Origin: an uncultured Candidatus Peribacteria bacterium
GTDB lineage: Bacteria; Patescibacteriota; Gracilibacteria; Peribacterales; Peribacteraceae
Length of the DNA stretch: 57,899 nt
NCBI GenBank assembly: GCA_964645935.1
Contig: CAZYAK010000003.1
Span: 1-57,899 of the forward strand
Reading direction: 5' to 3'
Shown: positions 42,570 to 51,675 of the stretch, in pieces
How the letters are laid out: every line of letters begins with the position of its first letter
Position numbering within the stretch: the stretch's first letter is position 1
The notes under the pieces: generated by a model
The model's database searches: none
What the model saw: only the letters and a program-made list of their open reading frames with translations
What the model was told of the DNA's origin: nothing
Program-made: the position numbers and the translations under genes

Positions 42570-44395
42570 GCGGCGCGGGGACGGGGCTGACGGGCAGGGA
42601 CCTTCTGCGTGGAGGCAGCGCGTTCGGTGACGAGCGCGAGCAATTCGTCGTAGAAGAACGGGCGGCCGTCGTACTTGAGGATACGGTCCTCGATGCGGAT
42701 GCCGGTCTCCTGCGCCAAGAGTATGCCCAGCTGCCCCTGGTGGTTCTGCTCCACGAGCGTCACGTTCCCGGCTTTGCCTGCAAGCTGGCGGAACCGCTCG
42801 GTCTTGAGGGGCCACATGTAGCTCCAGTGGAGGTAGCCGATCTTCTTGCCGCGAAGTTCCGGACTGGTGAGCACGTCCATGACGACGCTCTTCGTGCTCC
42901 CCCACCCTACGAGCAGGAGGTCCAGCGCCGGAAGCTTTTCCGCCGCGCGTACCCAGTCGCCCCCGCTGCCAATCCAGAGGTCGGGCTCTGGGAGCATGTT
43001 CTTCAGGGCGTCGTGCTTGCGCATGCGCTTCTCCATCTGCAGGCGCGCGTTCTCTGCGGATTCGTCCACGGTACCGTCGCCATCGTGTTCGTCGCCTTGG
43101 GCGTTCCATGTGGCGGCATCCGTGCCCGGGAGCCAGCGTGGGGAGACACCATCCTCTATGTGGGGATCAAAGCGATCGGTGCCCTTGAGCGTCTTGAGAT
43201 GCGCGGGATCCGTGATATGCCCGCGCCGGATCTCGGCCACGGAGAGATCGTAGGGGGCCTGAGTGTAGAGCGCCTCGGCAATCTGCTTGTCCGTGAGGAC
43301 GATAGTCGAGAGCTGATACTGCTCGGCGATGTTGAAGGCTTCGGGCATGAGGTGGAACGCGTCATGCGCGTCGGACACCGACACCACACAACGCGGGAAT
43401 TCGCCATGCGCGGTGAAGACCGCCAAGAGCAGGTCTCCCTGCGCGGTCCACGTGGGCAGGCCCGTGGCGGGGCCGGGGCGCTGCGCAAGCACGAACACGG
43501 TGGGATTCTCGATGATGCCGTTGAGGGAAAGCGTTTCGCTCATCAGGTCGAACCCGCCGCCCGAAGTGCCCGTGAGCGCACGGGTGCCGGCGTGCATGGC
43601 GCCCGAGACCATCTGTGCGGCGGTGATCTCGTCCTCCGCCTGCTTGATGACCATGCCAGTCTTGTTCTGGATATCCGCGATGTAGCTCAACAAGGGGCTC
43701 GATGGCGTCATGGGGTACCCCGCATAGAAGCGCACGCCCGCGTGCACGGAACCCAGACCCATCGCCTGGCTGCCCGTAATGAGGAGATGGTGCGTCCACT
43801 CCGCGGACGGTTTTGGGAGCGTCACCGTCACCTTTCCATGCTGAGCGTCGGTGTGGCCGTACCCCTCCTCAATGCACTGCATGTTGGCGTCTAAGAGGTT
43901 CTTCTTCTTGGCGAAGCGCTCGCCCACGAGGGTCTTGAGGGCGTCCATGGGCAGCCCCAGCGCCGCCCACACGAACGCGGCGATGAGCACATTGCCGAGG
44001 ATGGGCTTGGCGCCCATCTTGGCCAGGATGGCGTCTACAGGGAGCTCGATGACGCGGATCCCCTGCTCACGGAGATACGCGAGGTCGGCCGCCGGGAACG
44101 TCCAGTGCGGCGTGTAGTGCACCACGATGCCGCCGGGTTTCACCTCACGGAGGTTCAGTTCCAAGCCGTGGTGGTTGAAGGTGACGAGAATGTCTACCGT
44201 CCGCTCCGTGGATTCTAGGCGCTCGGCCGCACAGTCCAGCTGGTAACTGGCATGCCCGCCCTTGATGAGCGAGGGATACTCGCGGTAGCCGAACACGCAG
44301 TAGCCGGAGCGCTTGAGGCCTTTGGCGAGAATTTCGCCCACAGAGTTAATGCCCTGGCCCGACGCGCCGACAATCTTGAGGGAGACGCGCCTCAT
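42566..44395 (-). CDS. korA: 2-oxoacid:ferredoxin oxidoreductase, alpha (fused gamma-alpha) subunit
   Basis: N-terminal gamma-like IVGASGQGINSVGEILAK, then the alpha domain (GYPMTPSSPL, TSGGGFDLM). Confidence 0.9.
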   Translation of the reverse strand: MRRVSLKIVGASGQGINSVGEILAKGLKRSGYCVFGYREYPSLIKGGHASYQLDCAAERLESTERTVDILVTFNHHGLELNLREVKPGGIVVHYTPHWTFPAADLAYLREQGIRVIELPVDAILAKMGAKPILGNVLIAAFVWAALGLPMDALKTLVGERFAKKKNLLDANMQCIEEGYGHTDAQHGKVTVTLPKPSAEWTHHLLITGSQAMGLGSVHAGVRFYAGYPMTPSSPLLSYIADIQNKTGMVIKQAEDEITAAQMVSGAMHAGTRALTGTSGGGFDLMSETLSLNGIIENPTVFVLAQRPGPATGLPTWTAQGDLLLAVFTAHGEFPRCVVSVSDAHDAFHLMPEAFNIAEQYQLSTIVLTDKQIAEALYTQAPYDLSVAEIRRGHITDPAHLKTLKGTDRFDPHIEDGVSPRWLPGTDAATWNAQGDEHDGDGTVDESAENARLQMEKRMRKHDALKNMLPEPDLWIGSGGDWVRAAEKLPALDLLLVGWGSTKSVVMDVLTSPELRGKKIGYLHWSYMWPLKTERFRQLAGKAGNVTLVEQNHQGQLGILLAQETGIRIEDRILKYDGRPFFYDELLALVTERAASTQKVPARQPRPRAA

Positions 44396-44847
44396 GCGGC
44401 ACGAGAAAGCAGGTCTTTGGCCCACGCCTGTACCGCACCTTCCTGACCGTAGGGATCGTTGAGGATTTTGAGGGTGGGAGCCGCTATCGCTCCGCCGTGC
44501 GACACGACGAAGGCCTCCATGTGTAGGGCCGCGTTGGCTTTGTAGAAATATCGCTCATCCCCCAGCGCCACGAGAGCCACCTTCTTGCCCGCAAGCACGA
44601 CGTCCTTGGCACGGTCCAGGAGCAACGTCCACATGTGCGGGTTGAGCTGACCCTCCACGTTGCCCGTGTTCCAGGTGGAGGACAGCAGCACCAAGACGTC
44701 CCCCCGCAGGAGGTCCTCGGCCTTGGCCAACTCTGCACGCTGCATCTCCGTCTGCATCCCGCTTGCACGCAGCGCTTCTGCGAGCACGCCCGCGACGTGC
44801 TCGGTGTGTCCGCTCGTGGACGCGTAGACAAGGTGGAAGGAGGGCAC
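44392..44847 (-). CDS. flavodoxin
   Basis: LVYASTSGHTEHVA FMN phosphate-binding loop. 151 aa. The stop overlaps the korA start (ATGA). Confidence 0.85.
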   Translation of the reverse strand: MPSFHLVYASTSGHTEHVAGVLAEALRASGMQTEMQRAELAKAEDLLRGDVLVLLSSTWNTGNVEGQLNPHMWTLLLDRAKDVVLAGKKVALVALGDERYFYKANAALHMEAFVVSHGGAIAAPTLKILNDPYGQEGAVQAWAKDLLSRAA

Positions 44848-44887
44848 GGGGCCAGTGTAGCGGTCCGGCGCGCCGCGTCATCCCCTC

Positions 44888-45610
44888 ATGCGCCCAGTTC
44901 CTTCCGAGAAGCGGGGCTTCTTCCGGATGGCCGCCGCGTCCGGTATCCTCCCCGGTCGTATGCCCATCCCCTCCCCCGAAAGCGCCCCGCAGCCCTCCGA
45001 AACCAACCGCCCGCCGGACGCGACCGATGATCCGCGCACGGGCGTCCGCGGCCGCACCACGCGCGCCACCGAGGACGCCGGGGCGCTGCGCGACTCGCTG
45101 GACAAGCGCCGTCCCATTCGCGTCATCGCGCCGCGGGGGGCCACGATCACCCCGGCGGAAGAGGAGACCGTGATGCGGCTCGCGCGCACGCTCCTCGCCG
45201 GGAGCGCGCCGGGAGGGGCGGAGGCGCGGGTGGGACCCCAGGAAAACGGCGCCCGCCGCGTGACGCTGGTCACGGCGGACGCAGTACAGCGGCCGCTCGG
45301 GACGTTCGTGTTGCGCGGAGGCGCGGCGGATCAGGTGGTGATGGCGGGCGCCGGAGAGGCGCCGGCGCCCGGCCCCGAAACCGGCACCGGTGAGGAGAGC
45401 CTTCCCGCCGCTTCGGACCGCGGACGGCGGATTCTGGCGCTCATCGATGAGCGTGAGCGCCCCGCCCCCGGCGCGACCTTGCGCATCCGCATCTCGCCCC
45501 TGCCCGGAGCCGGCTACGACGTCTCCGTGGAGGACGCGTCCACGGGACGGCGGATCTGGAGCAACGCCGTCACGGCGCCGCAGCCGCCCTTCGTGCCCGA
45601 CGCGCGCTGA
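44888..45610 (+). CDS. hypothetical protein (240 aa; start uncertain)
   Basis: High GC3 in frame. Pro/Ala/Gly/Arg-rich with no recognisable motif. Confidence 0.5.
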   Translation: MRPVPSEKRGFFRMAAASGILPGRMPIPSPESAPQPSETNRPPDATDDPRTGVRGRTTRATEDAGALRDSLDKRRPIRVIAPRGATITPAEEETVMRLARTLLAGSAPGGAEARVGPQENGARRVTLVTADAVQRPLGTFVLRGGAADQVVMAGAGEAPAPGPETGTGEESLPAASDRGRRILALIDERERPAPGATLRIRISPLPGAGYDVSVEDASTGRRIWSNAVTAPQPPFVPDAR

Positions 45611-45658
45611 GCATCCACGCGGTTGACGCGGCGCGCGGCGCTGCGTATACGGGTGCGC

Positions 45659-45922
45659 ATGCCGATCGCCCTTCCCGCCGTCGACACCTCCGCGGACCCC
45701 TACGAGCACCAGGTCGTCCCGTCCCTCAAACACCCGCGCGACTCCAAGACCCTGCAAAACATCCTGGCGCTCATCGAGCACGGCAGTGAAGGCACGCGCC
45801 GGAAGATGCTCAAGGTCCTGGCCAAGATCGAGGCACGGCAAGTTGGCATCCGTACGTGCGGCGCGGAGATCGATCCCGACACGGGCGAGAGCTTTACGTG
45901 CGTGTGGGCACCGATGGCGTGA
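45659..45922 (+). CDS. hypothetical protein (87 aa)
   Basis: ORF 45623..45922 trimmed to MPIALPAV. Good GC3. Confidence 0.5.
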   Translation: MPIALPAVDTSADPYEHQVVPSLKHPRDSKTLQNILALIEHGSEGTRRKMLKVLAKIEARQVGIRTCGAEIDPDTGESFTCVWAPMA

Positions 45923-45966
45923 GGCCCAAAACGCTGGAGAGGAAGCCGAAAACCTGCTATACTGGA

Positions 45967-48033
45967 ATGAACATGTCCCTCCTCTCCCCCCGTTCCGTTG
46001 CCGTCATCGGCGCCTCGGCCGAAGAGACCAAGGTGGGGCACTACGTGCTCAAAAACATCCTCACCCAGGGCTACCAGGGCGAGGTGTATCCGGTGAACCC
46101 CAAGGGCGGGGAGATCCTCGGCAAGAAGGCGTACGCGTCCCTCACGGAGATTCCGGGCAACGTGGACCTGGCCATCGTGGTGACGCCCGCCAAGACCGTG
46201 CAGGCGCTGGCCGAGGAGTGCGGAAAAAAGGGGGTGCAAACCCTCGTGGTGATCTCCGCCGGCTTCGGCGAGACCGGCACGCCGGAAGGTCATACGCTCG
46301 AAGCCGCTCTCGTGGAGACAGTACGGAAGTACGGCATCCGCCTCGTGGGCCCCAACTGTCTGGGCGTCGTGCGTCCGTCCATTGGGCTCAATGGGTCGTT
46401 CGCAGAGAACCTGGAAGGCAAAGGGAACGTAGCCCTTCTGAGCCAATCAGGCGCCATGGCCGTCGCGTTGCTGGATACCGCAGCGGGCCTCCAGCTCGGC
46501 TTCTCGTTGGTGGTGAGCATGGGCAACAAGGCTGCCCAAGACGAGTGCGACTTCCTGGAACTCTGCCGCGACGATCCGGAGACAGGGGTAATCGGCATGT
46601 ATCTGGAAAGCATCAAGGACGGACGAAGGTTCTTGAAGGTAGCCGCCGAGGTGGCCGCCAAGAAGCCCATCGTTCTCATTAAGTCCGGCACCTCTGAGCG
46701 CGGCCAGCGCGCCGTGAGCTCGCATACCGGGGCGTTGGCCGGGTCCGACGCCGCCATCGACGCCGCGTGCCGGCAGACGGGCGTGCGCCGGGCCAGGACC
46801 TCCGAGGAGTTCATGGACGCCATCCGCGTGCTCGCGTTTCAGCCGCCGCTCCTCTCCGACCGCATCGCCGTTATCACCAACGCCGGCGGCCCGGGCATCC
46901 TCGCCACCGACGCCGCGGAGCGCGCGGGCGTGCGCCTGGCCGTGCTGGAGACGGAGACGGAGGAGTTCCTGCGCAGCGTCCTGCCCCCCGCCGCCTCGCC
47001 CCACAACCCCGTGGACGTGTTGGGCGACGCCGGCACCGACCGCTACGCCGCCGCCGTCGAGGCCTGCGCCAAGGACCACGACGTGGACGGCATCGCCGTG
47101 GTGCTCACGCCCCAAGTGATGACGCCGGAGACAGAGATCGCGGGGGCCATCGCCACGTCCATGCGCTCACGCCCGCTCCTGCCCATTGTCACGAGCTTCA
47201 TGGGCGACAAGAACGTACACGCGGCCGCGGCCATCCTGGCGGCCAAGGGCATCCCCAATTTCCCTACGCCCGAGCGCGCCATCGCCGCCCTCGCACTCCT
47301 GCGCCCCGTGACGCCCCCGCCGCACCGCGACCCGCCCGTGTGCCAGTCCACGCGCCTGGTGCGCGCGCTCACCGACGGCAAGACGGGCTTGCTCTCCGAG
47401 GAGGACACCGCCGAGCTCTTCCGCCTGTACGACCTGCCACTCCCCTCCGGCGCAGTAGCCAAGACCGCGGATGACGCCGTGTCCCTGGCCCAGAAGATGG
47501 GCCTGCCGGTCGTGGCCAAGATCAGCTCCCCGCAGATCCTCCACAAAACCGACATCGGCGCCGTGCGCATCAATCTCAAGACCGAGGACGAGGTGCGCGC
47601 CGCATTCTGCGAGATCATGCAGAACTCCAAGACACACATGCCCAAAGCCGATCTCCAGGGCGTACTCATTCAGCAGTTCCTCCCCGCCGGAAACGAGTTC
47701 ATCGTGGGTGCGGTGAGGGACTCGAGCTTCGGGCACCTGGTGATGGCGGGACTCGGCGGCATCTACACCGAGCTCTTTAAAGACGCATCTTTCCGCATCG
47801 CCCCGCTCAGTGAGGAAGACGCGTACGGGATGCTCCGGGACCTCAAGGCCTGGAAGCTCCTCCTGGGGCTGCGCGGCAAGGCGCAATCGGACATCGCAGC
47901 GCTGGCCAAGATCATCGCCGGGATCTCGCACCTGGTGACGGACTGCCCGCGCATCAGCGAATTGGACCTGAATCCCGTACTGGTATGGCAGGACAGGGTG
48001 GTGATCGCGGACGCCAAGGTAGTTCTTGGGTAA
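45967..48033 (+). CDS. ADP-forming acetyl-CoA synthetase (fused alpha/beta, NDP-forming acyl-CoA synthetase family)
   Basis: CoA-binding start SVAVIGASAEETKVGHYVLKNIL, a succinyl-CoA-synthetase-like domain with SSHTGALAGS, and a C-terminal ATP-grasp. Confidence 0.88.
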   Translation: MNMSLLSPRSVAVIGASAEETKVGHYVLKNILTQGYQGEVYPVNPKGGEILGKKAYASLTEIPGNVDLAIVVTPAKTVQALAEECGKKGVQTLVVISAGFGETGTPEGHTLEAALVETVRKYGIRLVGPNCLGVVRPSIGLNGSFAENLEGKGNVALLSQSGAMAVALLDTAAGLQLGFSLVVSMGNKAAQDECDFLELCRDDPETGVIGMYLESIKDGRRFLKVAAEVAAKKPIVLIKSGTSERGQRAVSSHTGALAGSDAAIDAACRQTGVRRARTSEEFMDAIRVLAFQPPLLSDRIAVITNAGGPGILATDAAERAGVRLAVLETETEEFLRSVLPPAASPHNPVDVLGDAGTDRYAAAVEACAKDHDVDGIAVVLTPQVMTPETEIAGAIATSMRSRPLLPIVTSFMGDKNVHAAAAILAAKGIPNFPTPERAIAALALLRPVTPPPHRDPPVCQSTRLVRALTDGKTGLLSEEDTAELFRLYDLPLPSGAVAKTADDAVSLAQKMGLPVVAKISSPQILHKTDIGAVRINLKTEDEVRAAFCEIMQNSKTHMPKADLQGVLIQQFLPAGNEFIVGAVRDSSFGHLVMAGLGGIYTELFKDASFRIAPLSEEDAYGMLRDLKAWKLLLGLRGKAQSDIAALAKIIAGISHLVTDCPRISELDLNPVLVWQDRVVIADAKVVLG

Positions 48034-48035
48034 GA

Positions 48036-48148
48036 GAACCGAAGGCGCCGAGGCCACCGAAGGGACCGAGGTGCGGTTGTATTGATCGTTCCCTGCTGAG
48101 CCGGCAACACCGCCGCTCCCTTCGGTCCCGTTGGTTCCCTCGGTCCCC
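48036..48148. repeat. ~113-nt palindromic intergenic element, copy 2
   Basis: CCGAGGCCACCGAAGGGACCGAG ... CTTCGGTCCCGTTGGTTCCCTCGGTCCCC. Homologous to 23401-23514. Confidence 0.7.
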
Positions 48149-48175
48149 AGCCGCTACTCTGGAATCCTCCCGCCT

Positions 48176-49150
48176 ATGCCCCCGCGCATCTCCATCTGCG
48201 TGCCCACGTACGAACCGGACCCTTCGCATCTGCGGGCGGCGCTGGATTCGGTGCTGACGCAGTCATTCCGCGACTGGGAGGTGCTAATCCACGACGACTG
48301 CTCCACCCGCGACGTACGGGGCATCGTGGAGATGTATCTCAAGGACCCGCGCGTCCGCTTTGTGCGAAGCCCTCGGCGCCTGGGCATCGGCGGAAACTGG
48401 AACGCATGCCTCACCCTCACTCGGGCACCACTGCTGCAGTACCTCTTCCAGGACGACATGTGGGAACCACAGTACTTGGAGCGCGCCGAGGCGCTGCTGG
48501 AGCAGGAATCTCGCATCGGCATCGTGGCATCGCATCACAGCTACTACTTCGAGGGCCCCATCGATCCGCTGCGCGCCGCCGGCTATCGCGATCTCGAGAG
48601 CGAGCGCTCCGCCACGTTCCGCCCCGGCAAGGCCGACGGCCGCAAATTCCTGCGCGAGTGGATCCGCCGGGGCCTGCGCCCCAACCTCATCGGCGAGCCG
48701 AGTTTCGTGCTCATGCGTCGCCCCGTCGTGGACGCCGTGGGCCCGTTCCGGGAGGACATGCCACAGGGCCTAGACGTGGAGTACTGGCTGCGCTGCCTGG
48801 TGCACGACGATCTGGGCTGGATTGCGGAGAAAGGCGGAGCATTCCGTGTGCACGGCAAGGCGGCCAGTGCGCAGAACGAGATGCAAGGCCACGGACTCTT
48901 TGACCGCGTGGGGTACTTTGACACGCTGCTTCGGGTCCTCCCCCCCGGCGAAACACGGACGCTCACCAAGCAGTCTCTCGTGGAACAGTTCTCCAAGATG
49001 ATCGGCAAGTTCGTCCGCCGCCGCCGCGAGGGCGGTAAGGTGGGTGTGCGCGGAGGTGGTACGAGCGTGCTGGTGGGCGCGGTGCGGCGCCATCCCCTAC
49101 TCGTATTGCGGGGCGGGCTGCGCTTCCTGCTCACGCGCGAGACGGAGTGA
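48176..49150 (+). CDS. family 2 glycosyltransferase
   Basis: ISICVPTYEPDPSHLRAALDSVLTQSFRDWEVLIHDDCS is the GT-A/GT2 signature. Confidence 0.88.
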   Translation: MPPRISICVPTYEPDPSHLRAALDSVLTQSFRDWEVLIHDDCSTRDVRGIVEMYLKDPRVRFVRSPRRLGIGGNWNACLTLTRAPLLQYLFQDDMWEPQYLERAEALLEQESRIGIVASHHSYYFEGPIDPLRAAGYRDLESERSATFRPGKADGRKFLREWIRRGLRPNLIGEPSFVLMRRPVVDAVGPFREDMPQGLDVEYWLRCLVHDDLGWIAEKGGAFRVHGKAASAQNEMQGHGLFDRVGYFDTLLRVLPPGETRTLTKQSLVEQFSKMIGKFVRRRREGGKVGVRGGGTSVLVGAVRRHPLLVLRGGLRFLLTRETE

Positions 49151-49233
49151 GCGGCCATTGGCGACACGCGACACCTTTACTTCCGTCATCACGGGCATCT
49201 ACCCTACGGCCCGAACCTTCCTCATTTCGTTGT

Positions 49234-50214
49234 ATGAAACTCAAGACCCTCTTCAAGCGCTCCGTGGAGATCGGCATGGACGCGGATCCGCGCGGCAAAA
49301 AGGCCATCGATAAACTGCTCAAGAAGCACCAGGACCGCCTCGAGAAGGCCACGGGCAAGGACAAGGAGTACTTCGACCGGGAGCGCCTCTGGAACCCCTA
49401 CAGCGACTCGCGCATCATCAACGGTTCTGGCGAGGAGGAAGTGCAGACCCTCATGGTGGGCATCGATATCGAGACGCAGGAGTTCCTCCTGGCGGATCGC
49501 CTCCGCGAGAAGGGCCAGAAGATCGACGCCGTCTTCATCCATCACCCGGAGGGCCGCGCGCTCGCCGACCTCGACAAGGTGATGAGCCTCCAGGTGGACA
49601 TCCTGGCCCAGGTGGGTGTGCCAGTGAACGTCTCCGAGGCGCAGCTGCACCCGCGTATGGCCCGCATCTGGCGCGCCATCCACCCCGACAACCTCTTCCG
49701 CGGTGAACGCGCCGCCGAGCTCCTGGGCTTCCCGGCGTTCTGCTGCCACACCATCACGGACAACCTCGTGTGGCGCTTCATCGAAGACCGCATCTGCACC
49801 CGCGAGTACGACGACCTCAACGGAATCCTCAACGCGCTCAACGAGCTGGAGGAGTACGACCACTACTCCCGCAAGGGCAACCCGCCCATCATCGTCAACG
49901 GCTCGGGCTCAGGGAGGCCCGGCAAGGTGGTGGCCACGGAGTTCACCGGGGGCACCAACGGCCCGGAGGATTTCCTGGAGTCGCAGGCACGCGCGGGGGT
50001 GGGCACCATCCTCACCATGCACGCCACCGAGCGCACGCTGGAGGAAGCCAAGAAGCACCACGTGAACATGATCCAGTGCAGCCACATGGCCTCGGACGCG
50101 ATGGGCATCAACCTGCTCTTGGACGAACTGACCAAGGAAGAGAAGAACCTCAAGACCATCGATGTCTCCGGCTTCGTACGCGTGTCCCGAAGCGGCAAAG
50201 CCAAGCGGAAGTGA
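49234..50214 (+). CDS. NIF3-like (dinuclear metal centre) family protein, tentative
   Basis: IDAVFIHHPEG, ..CCHTITDN.. and ..TMHATE.. resemble the conserved NIF3 His/Glu ligands. Start at MKLKTLF. Confidence 0.45.
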   Translation: MKLKTLFKRSVEIGMDADPRGKKAIDKLLKKHQDRLEKATGKDKEYFDRERLWNPYSDSRIINGSGEEEVQTLMVGIDIETQEFLLADRLREKGQKIDAVFIHHPEGRALADLDKVMSLQVDILAQVGVPVNVSEAQLHPRMARIWRAIHPDNLFRGERAAELLGFPAFCCHTITDNLVWRFIEDRICTREYDDLNGILNALNELEEYDHYSRKGNPPIIVNGSGSGRPGKVVATEFTGGTNGPEDFLESQARAGVGTILTMHATERTLEEAKKHHVNMIQCSHMASDAMGINLLLDELTKEEKNLKTIDVSGFVRVSRSGKAKRK

Positions 50215-50265
50215 ACGGCGTTCCTCTGGTACAATCAGGCCCTCCCTCGCGGAGGGCCTTCTGGT

Positions 50266-51147
50266 ATGCCATCACGCCTCCCCACCCTCTCGCTCCTCGG
50301 CCAGGCCTGGGCGTTCTACCGCAAGAACGCGGTGTTCAACGCCATCCTGCTGTGGCTCGCCGTGATACCGCTCACCGCCGTGCAGGTACTCGGCCCCCTG
50401 CTGGCACCGGAAGAGCCCCGATTGAAGCTGGCCTTCGACATTGCACTGCTGGTCTTCCAGGTCTTCCTTCTTGCGTGGAGCTCCGCGGCGGTGCTGCTGG
50501 TGGGAAAACGAATGATCCAGAACCGCGCCGGGCGGTCGCGCACGTCGCTCAGGTCCGTGGTGCAGGAATCCGCACCCTCCGTGCTGCCGCTGCTTCTGAC
50601 GGGGCTACTCAGAGCCTGCATCGTCTTGCAGTACTCACTGCTCTTCATCCTGCCCGCCATCGCCGTGGTGCTGGCACCGGGGCTGTGCGGCGGCATATTC
50701 GCCTCCGTGCCCGGCACGGGTGGTGTTGCGCTGATGAAGACCCTCTCCCGCTGCACGGCGCTGCCACTGCTCCTGCCACTCCTGGTACCCGCCTTCGTGT
50801 ACGGTGTGCGCACCGCATTCTATGCTGTGGCCCTGGTGGTGGATGACGCCCCGTACCGCGAGGCACTCAGGCGCAGTACGGACTTCGCGCGCGGTCGCTT
50901 TTGGGAGACGCTGTGTCTCCTGCTGGTTCCGGCCCTGCTCCTCCTGGTGCCTTCGGAGATCCTGGGAGTGGCGTCCGTGCGGATGCTCGTCCTCATCGAT
51001 CCCCAGTGGGAACCCGTGGGCGTGCTGCTGGCCACCGCCGTGACGGAGTTCGCCGCGCTGCTCTACGCCCTCACCCTGGTGGCGGCGTACGGGAGGCTGC
51101 GCGGACGCAAGGCCGCGGACGCGGTGCACGCGCTCCAGGGCGATTGA
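50266..51147 (+). CDS. hypothetical polytopic membrane protein
   Basis: 293 aa with ~6-7 hydrophobic segments. Confidence 0.6.
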   Translation: MPSRLPTLSLLGQAWAFYRKNAVFNAILLWLAVIPLTAVQVLGPLLAPEEPRLKLAFDIALLVFQVFLLAWSSAAVLLVGKRMIQNRAGRSRTSLRSVVQESAPSVLPLLLTGLLRACIVLQYSLLFILPAIAVVLAPGLCGGIFASVPGTGGVALMKTLSRCTALPLLLPLLVPAFVYGVRTAFYAVALVVDDAPYREALRRSTDFARGRFWETLCLLLVPALLLLVPSEILGVASVRMLVLIDPQWEPVGVLLATAVTEFAALLYALTLVAAYGRLRGRKAADAVHALQGD

Positions 51148-51202
51148 TACTGTTCCGATGAGAGAGGGAACCGGATTTTCGCGTGGGAGGAGCGCGAAAT
51201 TC

Positions 51203-51229
51203 CAAACAGCAAGCAGCAAACCACAAACG
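51203..51229. repeat. left inverted repeat flanking the four-helix-bundle gene
   Basis: CAAACAGCAAGCAGCAAACCACAAACG matches the reverse complement of 51647-51675 at 21 of 27 positions. Confidence 0.6.
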
Positions 51230-51269
51230 AAGTGCTGCTCGGAAACGAGAGCGCTGTCATACCGGACGC

Positions 51270-51644
51270 ATGCGTGAATCCGGATACGACCTTGAAGATC
51301 GCACCTTCGCGTTCGCCCGAGCCGTACGGCGCCATCTGCCGACGTTGCCCCTGACGGTATCCAACCGGGAGGATGGCAAGCAGCTCATCCGCTCATCGGG
51401 ATCGGTCGCCGCCAACTACATCGAAGCGAATGAGTCGCTCAGTAAGAAGGACTTCTTGGTGCGACTCAAGATCTGCCGCAAGGAAGCCAAGGAAAGCATG
51501 CTCTGGCTCAAGCTTCTCATCATCGGTCGCATCCCGGCCATTACAGTCGAACATTCCCGACTGCAGCGCGAAGCAGGCGAAATCCTCCGGATCTTCTGCG
51601 CCATCATCCGCAAGGTCGAATCCGCATCCGGCATTGAGTCCTGA
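51270..51644 (+). CDS. four-helix-bundle protein (23S rRNA intervening-sequence-protein family)
   Basis: FAFARAVRRH..., GKQLIRSSGSVAANYIEANESLSKKDF..RLKICRKEAKESMLWLKL is the typical family pattern. The cassette is visibly less GC-rich than its flanks. Confidence 0.8.
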   Translation: MRESGYDLEDRTFAFARAVRRHLPTLPLTVSNREDGKQLIRSSGSVAANYIEANESLSKKDFLVRLKICRKEAKESMLWLKLLIIGRIPAITVEHSRLQREAGEILRIFCAIIRKVESASGIES

Positions 51645-51646
51645 TG

Positions 51647-51675
51647 CCTGTTTGTGATTTGATGCTTGTCGCTTG
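51647..51675. repeat. right inverted repeat flanking the four-helix-bundle gene
   Basis: CCTGTTTGTGATTTGATGCTTGTCGCTTG. Confidence 0.6.
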
